Assembly: GCA_964252035.1 (NCBI GenBank)
Contig: OZ176200.1
From: Podarcis erhardii
Lineage: Eukaryota
Reading direction: 5' to 3' (one strand)
DNA: 64,000 bases
A program made the position numbers and the translations under genes. Shown here one piece after another: positions 55,696-64,000 of this stretch (position 1 is its first letter; each line of letters opens with the position of its first letter). The notes beneath the pieces were generated by a model. The model searched no databases and was not told the origin of the DNA. It saw only the letters and a program-made list of their open reading frames with translations.

Positions 55696-57039
55696 TTATC
55701 TCATACTGTGTCAGGTGCTGACATGTGGAAAACATGACAAATGTATCTGTGGAAAACACTTCCATGTAGAAGAGAACACAAACCTTGCACAGGTATCATC
55801 ACACAACGTTTGCTGTATGCAAACACACAGAAGGGGGTAATAGCAAATCACACTTTCACTGTGGCCTGGTTCTCAATGAAGCTAAGCCATAGTTTGTGAA
55901 ACTGAACTATAACTAGACCTACTCTGGTCAGCTAACTATGGTTTGTTTGTAGCCAACAAACCAGAACATGAAACCATGGTTTAAAGATGGCTTACAAATT
56001 TAGGGGTGAGTTAACTTAGTTTCTCTTTGTGTCTACACCCAGTATCCTGGCATGTTCTGGTTCCTCACCCCAGATGACTGCCAGGCTACAGAGCTGCAAG
56101 GCTAGAGCATTTTGAAAACAAAACCAGCACAGGGTGAAATAAAGCAACAGTTCCTTTGCCTGTGTGCAAGATTTAATCTAGTTTATTTAACAAACTATAG
56201 TTAAAACAAACTATGACTAAGGGTAAAGCAAGAATGTAGTCAATGTGTGCATATGCAGCAACAAATGCACAATACAAATGCGTACGTTCAGTGATCAGTA
56301 GGGACAACCATATTATAATTTCCAATATGGAAGTGCTCTCCACAGAGAATTTTAGGAAAGGAGGGTAAACCTGTGGTTTCCCAGCTGCTGCCTGACTCTC
56401 TCAGCCCCAACAGCATGCCCAATGGTCAGGGAGGGATGACTGGGAGCTGCAGTCCAGCAATAGCTGAAGGACCACAGGCTCACCACCCCTGCTTTAAAGA
56501 GATGCCATCAAGGTTTGTCCAGGATGACCACTTTTTTAAAAAAATTAAAAAATTGAAGCACTATATGAACAACATTCTTGTATTTTTCTGCCTATGCATT
56601 TATTGATTGTTTTTTTTAAAAAATAAATAATCATTTGTGACGTGCAAACTGATCTGGGGAAAATTTATTGATGCAATGATGAGGCATGGTGTGAATAGCA
56701 GCTAGTGCTTCAAAACTTGCAGAACTATCCCCCGACCAAGTATTCTATCTATATTTAGATAGAATGAAGTTGGTGTGCTTCCAGGAAAGCCTTTAAAAGT
56801 GTTGCATCTGCCTTCACGCTAAGAAGAGATCGTGATACTGTACAATCACTGGACCCCAAGCTGCCCCATAATTTTATTATCACAGATTTTCCTAAAACCC
56901 CAGACGCCCTTCACTCTGAACGTCTCGGGGGGGGGGGGGGAGGCAAAAAATGCAACTTGTTTCTATTGCATTAAATGAAAGTCTTGCTCTTACGCATGTT
57001 GTCAATAAACAAAGTCAGAAAGTTAAAAGGAGAATAAAC

Positions 57040-57092
57040 CTCTCTCTGCTCCCTCTGTAGACACAGCTCTTCCGTCTCTTCCATCAGTTTAT
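57040..57092 (-). CDS. PLEKHD1: PLEKHD1 coding exon (about exon 6): DKLMEETEELCLQREQRE
   Basis: 53 nt, AG/GT boundaries, phase-compatible with both neighbours. Confidence 0.92.
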
Positions 57093-57779
57093 CTGCAAAC
57101 AGACAGGGAAAAGTGAATGAAAGCAAATTGCTTAAGACAGTTGGACAGAAATTGCATGGACCTTGAAACACAGCACAGCGAGAACCTCGCTTCTTGCATA
57201 TTGTGCTGTGATTATTTGAATTTACTATGATGAGATTGCTTTCATGTGTTCTCGTCTCCCACCAGTCTCCTGCCAAATGAATTATAGATGACAACAACAA
57301 CTTGTTCAGCCTTTAGTGCCTTCCTTCCAAGGGGGTCATTGTCTACTAATGTACCGAGATTTACAACTCCTCTCATCAAGTAGGATGGCATCACTGCCTT
57401 CATTTAACGGATGGTTAAAAAGAGTACACACTGAACAAGGTCAGCAGCAAAGCAGTGAAAAGGCTCACTCCTAGTCCTTAAGGGGCTTTGACTGTGTTCA
57501 TACACTTGGGGGAGGAAGCACGCACTGTGAAACAACAGCACAGTGTTCCCAGCTCCCATGCAAATGTTTCAGGGTGGGTTTTGCATGAGAACAAGTGGGT
57601 GGGAGGTGCTTAAATTTCCCATTGCCTGATTCCAGTCTATTAATTCACCACTCAGAAAGCCCAGCCCCTTACCCCAACTGGCCTCAGCAATCCAAACCCA
57701 AGATTTGCCAGGATGGGATAGATGGTTGAGCTAGGTGAGCCTGGACTATACCAGTCCCCCATCCTCCATTAGCTAAAGA

Positions 57780-57916
57780 CAGGCACCCCCAAACTCGGCC
57801 CTCCTGATGTTTTGGGACTACAACTCCCATCATCCCTAGCTAACAGGACCGGTGGTCAGGGATGATGGGAGTTGTAGTCCCAAAAACATCTGGAGGGCCG
57901 AGTTTGGGGATGCCTG
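57780..57916. mobile_element. hAT MITE (family B)
   Basis: Same body as 19757-19892, TSD degenerate (5/8). Older related copies near 21030-21155, 29517-29650 and 56370-56492. Confidence 0.85.
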
Positions 57917-58097
57917 GCCAAAATATGCTGGTATAAGTCCCGCATCCGGGCTCAGTCAGGGTTCAGCCCAAGCTGACTAAGCCAGGGTGAATCCCTAAAG
58001 AAGAGGCCTTCTGGGAGAGGGGAAGGAAGTTTTTAATATTCTGTTGGAAACTGCCCAGGGTAGTTGAGGCAACCCAGTCAGATGGGTGGGGTATGAG

Positions 58098-58103
58098 TTA
58101 TTA

Positions 58104-58143
<40 letters not shown>

Positions 58144-58149
58144 TTATTA
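58098..58149. repeat. (TTA)n microsatellite after an L2-type tail
   Basis: Follows ggcaacccagtcagatgggtggggtat. Confidence 0.95.
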
Positions 58150-58866
58150 CCACCGCCCCATTCCAAACTCCAGTCACTCAGACATATGTGACCTTGCATC
58201 CCAGAAGTTACACTGCCAAAAAAGGTGGTGAAAGTCAAACTGTCCCACATCTGTCAGTAGTAGCTCCACTCCCGAACAGAGTTTGGGCTAGAGATTAGTT
58301 ACATTTGCATAATTTACCCTGCATAAATGATGCTGTCTTCCTATAGTCTGGAATGCTCTGTCCCTGTGCTTCGACATAGGAGGGGCACCGCAAAGGCCTT
58401 CCCTACTTGATCTCGATGGGCAGGTGTCAGGCTACGACAGGAGCGGGAAATGTTCTCCTGAAAATGCCGCCCCCACAGTCACATTAACTTGGAAGCTTCC
58501 ATCACAACATCAAACGAATATCTTTGAACCTAGGAACTGTCTGCACTCCCAAGGCACTCATTAACTCTGCTTTATTTTTGTCTGCTGTAATAGCTTAGTA
58601 GAACATGCTGCTTAATTGAGGTCACTGGTGATGAGGTCTTGAAGGTACACAGGCAGAACTGTTAACTCAGCCACCATTACAGAAAGAAGGTAGGCACCTG
58701 GGATGCTGCATATGGGGGAGGGGGAGGTCATTACACCTGTCACACACACCCCAACAACATGTTATAAAGCACACTGTACACTGATGTCGCTCTGCAAATG
58801 ATACAATGCATTAATCTGATTTGTGCTGCTGATACGCTATTCCTCCCTGAGGACTAGCGGCTGTTA

Positions 58867-59076
<210 letters not shown>

Positions 59077-59799
59077 TCACAAACACTGAACAGAGAGGGA
59101 GAGAGATGGCCTGTGAAAAAATGGCGAGCGTGGGCAGCCTGTTCCCCAAGTACATTAACCTGAACAGATAGGCTACCAGCTGGAGATAATGAAAACAAAT
59201 CGCCAACACGACGATGGATCAGGAAACTCATTTCTCTCCAGAGAACAAAATGGCAATAAAAGCTTGGGGCCGAAGTAATTCATCAAGTCCTTTTAACCAT
59301 CTCTTTCAATTTTCTAGGCTTTCTGCGGCTCTCGTAGCTCCAAAACTCTCCCCTTGTGTCCCACAAATCACAACCCTCCCGATTTCCATCCACAGGCAGA
59401 TTCTACATCCTGAAAGGCTGGAAACGTGAACCCCAAAGCCTGGATGTGGGCCGGGACCACACCCAGATTTCAGCGCAACAGATGGATCCAGAGCTCAGGA
59501 TTGATGAATAATTTGAATTAACTGCCGGGGAAGCCTAAGTGCTCTGTTGCTGTTGTCTGAACCTTCCAGGCCTCTTGGTTTGGTGCTCAGGACGCTCTGC
59601 AGATGACCCTTTCTCCCTGGGCCACACCATCACTGCCCCTACTTTGCACCAGCTTCTGAGTGCTTCTGGTCAGCCAGAATGTGTCTTTAAACTGTGACGG
59701 TGCTTCTTGCTTATCCAGATGGGTGCAGGGTTACCTGTGTGCATGGACATGCATGTAGAAATCAGTGGTGTTTGTGTGGCTCCAATCTACTTTACAAGA

Positions 59800-60257
59800 G
59801 GTTTTGACCTATAAAGCCTTAAACGGCTCAGGACTGCAAGACCTCAAGGACCACCTCTTTTCATATGAACCTTCCTGGACCCTGAGATCATCTTCTGAGG
59901 CCCTTCTTCGTGTGCCTCCTCCTCGAGAGGTCCGGAGGGTGGCAACACGAGAAATGGCCTTCTCTGCAGTGGCTCCCCATCTGTGGAATGGTCTCCCCAG
60001 GGAAGTTCGCCTGGCGCCTTCATTATACACCTTTAGGCGCCAGGCAAAACCGTTCCTTTTTAACCAGGCCTTTGGTTGATCCAATTTACATCCTATGCCC
60101 TTTTAAAATGTGTTTTTTTGTGTGTGGTGGAGTATTGGGTTGCTGTTTTATTTTTATTAGGTATTTTGTGGTTTTATATCTTGATTTTATTCTGTGAACC
60201 ACCCTGAGACCCCCGGGTATAGGGCAGTATATTAATAATAATAATAATAATAATAAT
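59800..60257 (+). mobile_element. L2-clade LINE 3' fragment
   Basis: ORF peptide YKALNG..L..YEPSWTLRSS..AFSAVAPHLWNGLP..FLFNQAF is the typical L2 ORF2 end. Followed by a gaaccaccctgag tail and (AAT)n. Confidence 0.88.
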
Positions 60258-60671
60258 ACACACCTGTTGCTTGGCCAAGCACCCCCCCCCGGCATGTGCC
60301 CCCCACCCAAAGGTTGCCCAACAGGGAATGCAGCCCCCAATGCTGGAAGCATTCCCTGAACTAGATGAATGCCGTCCCTCCCTATATCTGAGGTCCCTGG
60401 ACTGAGATTGCCACGCAGAGAGCAAAATGTACGTGCCTGCTCGGCTACGGATGGCCAGTTTGCTTGATTTTGTCCCGCTGAAGCCCACATTTTTCAAAAT
60501 GCTCCTTGACCTTCACGGCCACGGGCTCTCTGCTTCTCTCCTAGCAAAGCAACTGCATGACTGGTGGAGCAATTCCTCAGAGCTATTTTAAACTCCTCTG
60601 GGCAGCAAAGGTGCTCTTCGGTGATTTTGCTTCTGCAGCAAGGATTACGCAAGCAGCAATCTAGATTGTTA

Positions 60672-60890
60672 CAGTGGTACCTCGGGTTACATACGCTTCA
60701 GGTTACAGACTCCGCTAACCCAGAAATAGTACCTCGGGTTAAGAACTTTGCTTCAGGATGAGAACAGAAATTGTACTCCGGCAGCGTAGCGGGAGGCCCC
60801 ATTAGCTAAAGTGGTCTTCAGGTTAAGAACAGTTTCAGGTTAAGAACGGACCTCCGGAACGAATTAAGTACTTAACCCGAGGTACCACTG
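60672..60890 (-). mobile_element. Tigger-like MITE family C
   Basis: TA TSD and TIRs, reverse complement of the 52386 and 63099 copies. Confidence 0.88.
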
Positions 60891-62059
60891 TACTTGTGAC
60901 TGAGCTGGGCTGTAGGCCTAGAGTTCTGGAGGGTATGTTGCCCTGCAGACATTCGCTTGGTTATCAGCCTGAAGGCTCTAAGCCAGGTTGGCTTGATGGC
61001 ATTCTTCATGGTTCATAAATTTAGGGGTGAGGCAAGTCCCATAAAGAGGGGAAGGGGAAATGGAGGTTGGGGTCTGAGAAAGTTCTGTAGCAGTCCATGA
61101 AGCAAGACAAGGGAGGACTGGAGCAGAAAGTTCAGGTAAGCTGACATAGGGAGGTTAGAGGACATTGACATAATGAGCAGGACTGGGTCTGATGTATCTC
61201 CAGGGTTGGTTTTTATAAGGCCTCCCAGCCAGTCAACAAACTATACTGTGAACCAATAAGAGGCTGGAAGTTTCCACAGCCTAATTAGGTGCTGCTGACT
61301 CTCTTCCCTCATTCATTTGCACATGCAAGGGGTGAGCCAGCCATTTAAAAGTGCATCAGAGGAAATCCAAGAATGTCCAGGGGTGAGTGGGGCAGACATT
61401 CATTCATACAACAATGAACTTCAGTCCCATGTGCACCCCTAAAATCGGCTGTGGTGGGGCTGGGGGATCCTGCAAATCTGTGTCTGCAGGACAAACAAGA
61501 GGAATGGGATGTCGTGCAAGTCCACTTGAGATTTTGCCAGCCGCCCATTGTTTATTATCTCTGGGATAATGGGTCCCAGGTCAATATGGAACAGCTGGAA
61601 ACTCACACTTGCAGCTACTGGCAGAACAACCCGGTGCATGTTCACTCACAAGCCAGTTTTCCGTTTCAGTCACACCCGCCAAGAAAGTTGCTTAGGACTG
61701 CTGCATAGATGGCCAGTGCTATGTCTGATGCATAAGTGCCTTTTATTAAAAGTTATTATGTGCTTCGTCCTGCTATTGCTATTGTGACCTTGCTTCCCCA
61801 GTATGAGTACACACACAAAACCTAGAATAAACCCTGGTGGGTGAAAAGGGGTTTTTTTTTTATTGTTCCCTGTAAGCTTCAATGAAATAAAATCTTTCTA
61901 GCTGGATATAAACTGCTGGTATGGAGCAAACATCAAAACTTAAGCAGCTTAGCTGACGATTATAGGGCTCTAAAAGTTCGCCATCTGTTTTGGGAGTGCC
62001 TCCCACTGTAGCCCTTGCCTTGCTCACTTCTCGGAGATGGAAAGAGCTCCCCCTTGGAA

Positions 62060-62372
62060 CTGTTACAAAATTGAGGAGTGCTAAAATGTCAAGGGGAAGG
62101 AAGATGCAGAATTACAGCTGAAATTGTTTGATGTCTTAAGGTGAAATTGAGAAAGATAATAAGTTTAAATTTAATTGGCAAAAAGGGTTCCTGAAAAACT
62201 GTAAAACAAGGATGCAAAAAGGGTGAGGTATGGGGAAGTCCGAGAAAGGAGGTTTATGAAAATGAGGTTGAGAAATTATATTTGTGTGTTTGTTTGTATT
62301 TGTTGATGTTTGTATGTTGTTGTTGTTTTGTCTTAAAATTGGAAAACTAATAAAAATTATTATAAAAAAAAA
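62060..62372 (+). mobile_element. L1-like 3' UTR with poly(A)
   Basis: Purine-rich then GT-rich tract, [13 protein letters not shown] an A run, same layout as the 46194 L1 tail. Confidence 0.5.
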
Positions 62373-63098
62373 AGGAAAGAGCTTCCCCTTTCATTATGTG
62401 AAACACAGCATGAAGGTCAGGAGGACAAGCACTTGCAGTCCAGTTCCATGCTCAGTGTAGGGTCCCTAAGCCCACTGAAACAATTTAAAACGCACCTAAA
62501 TCAATTAGGATTGCAAGTGTGCAGCTCAGTCCTTCTTATGTTTATGCACTGGACTCACTGAATGTACACCTGAGTGTGCAAAGGTTTGCATCCTTAGTAA
62601 AAAAAAACCACATGCTTGCTGAATATTACAGGGGTGCAAAAGCAGGGTAAGAATTTTGGAGTAACAGACTTCTTTGTAGAACTTTGGGGAGCTGCATTAT
62701 TGCTGATGAGAAGAACATAATGAGATTCATCTTCTTGAAATGCATCTATGGTCCTAGTTGCCAGCATCTAGATTAGGAGGGAAGGGACCTCATCTCCTGG
62801 CCACAGAACCACAGTAGTAAGTGCCATAATAAACCCTCCTGGACACGGTAACCTAAGTACAGAGGCCACTTTGTAAAGTTCCCTAGTCTTAAATGTACTG
62901 TTCTGCTAGTCTGAACAATGTGCCTACTAGGAAGTTACGAAATCTGGGACTTGATGATGCAGTGGTACCTGGAGAAAGCAGCTTTCATTCTCAGAGTCAA
63001 AGCCACAGTCCAGACAGAGTTAAGTACCTTTAAATGCCATTGATTTCACTGGGAGAATTAGGAATGTGTGTCTAAGTTCTTAACTCTGCCTGGATATA

Positions 63099-63308
63099 CA
63101 GTGGTACCTCAGGTTAAGTACTTAATTCGTTCCGGAGGTCCGTTCTTAACCTGAAACTGTTCTTAACCTGAAGCACCACTTTAGCTAATGGGGCCTCCTG
63201 CTGCTGCCGCGCCGCCGGAGTACAATTTCTGTTCTTATCCTGAAGCAAAGTTCTTAACCTGAAGCACTATTTCTGGGTTAGAGGAGTCTGTAACCTGAAG
63301 GTACCCAC
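63099..63308 (+). mobile_element. Tigger-like MITE family C, damaged right end
   Basis: Left TIR and body intact, ends ..taacctgaaggtaccc. Confidence 0.82.
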
Positions 63309-63983
63309 AATTCCCATTCCCCTTTCCAGGGCTGTTATTCCCTGCCTACCCCTCAGAAAATCCCTCCACTTCAGTTGCCATACCCAATTTCCACTTGATC
63401 CCAGCCCCAAATCTCCCCACTAAATTGTAGTTTAGCGTGATGAGAGCAAACTGCTGCAAGCTCCATCAGGTTTGCATGTTCTTCCCTCCCCTCCTCTGGT
63501 GGAGTTGCAAGGAGTTTGGGAGTTTTTGCTTCTCTTTTTTCCGTAACCACACGTTACGTATGGTTTGTTTGAAACAAGACAACTTCAAACTATAGTTTCA
63601 GGAGATGGCTTGTTTAAACAAACTGCAGCTAATGTTAACCACAGCTGAGAGGTTGAACAAAATGCTGAATTCTGGTTAAAGTAAAACTGAAGCAAAGGCA
63701 TCAAAATTTCTCCTTGTGGCTGGGCTGAGGAGAGGAGCAGGCAAGCTCTTCATTCTCATCACAGATTTCTGACTGTGGCCATATTCTTGCCATTATCTCC
63801 GTTACCCTCTTGGGTATATACAAATTATATATATATACAAATTATATATTTTGGGATACAGCCCCCAAAGAGCAGCAGATAGTATTAATGCTAACAATTA
63901 GAGTATTAATGAAACCAGACCTTAGGTAAATAGTAGCTTTAAAGTAAGTGCAAGCCTAACAGAGCAGCTCCTCAGATACTTAC

Positions 63984-64000
63984 ACTTTCCCGGACTCCTG
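63984..64000 (-). CDS. PLEKHD1: PLEKHD1 coding exon (probably exon 4), 3' end only, end of PH domain: QESGKV
   Basis: Minus strand CAGGAGTCCGGGAAAGT|GTAAGT. Phase 2 joins the 58966 exon to give QESGKV-TWRNAQL. Truncated by the window edge. Confidence 0.85.

Noticed and set aside
60631-60648. Minus-strand VILAAE resembling PLEKHD1 exon-4 ILLAAE
   Set aside because: The downstream peptide does not match, and the true exon end (QESGKV plus GTAAGT) is at 63984-64000.

Overview
Vertebrate genomic DNA, most likely a lacertid lizard (inferred from Sauria-type SINEs and other squamate-type repeats). The window matches the conserved SUSD6 - CCDC177 - PLEKHD1 neighbourhood (human 14q24.1 order, from memory). 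It contains: (1) a CpG-island promoter and probable first exon of a leftward gene at about 9.5-10.4 kb, SUSD6 by synteny only; (2) CCDC177 on +, one coding exon 24917-27040 (707 aa) under a second CpG island; (3) the last ten coding exons of PLEKHD1 on -, which splice GT-AG into one open 371-codon frame from 64000 to the stop at 50779. The rest is intron or intergenic DNA rich in hAT, Tc1/mariner and Harbinger-like MITEs, tRNA-derived SINEs, L1/L2/CR1 fragments, Penelope-like relics and microsatellites, with a 148-N gap. There are no prokaryotic features or CRISPR arrays. Best leads: two hammerhead-ribozyme-like Penelope relics (one in a perfect 40-bp palindrome) downstream of the two convergent genes, a composite MITE carrying an L2-type tail, a Buster-type nnnTAnnn target signature, inverted MITEs bracketing PLEKHD1 exons 5-10, uORFs, a divergent CTCF pair and a possible alternative PLEKHD1 C-terminus. 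None is shown to be a new functional system. Family names and human comparisons are from recall, not database searches.
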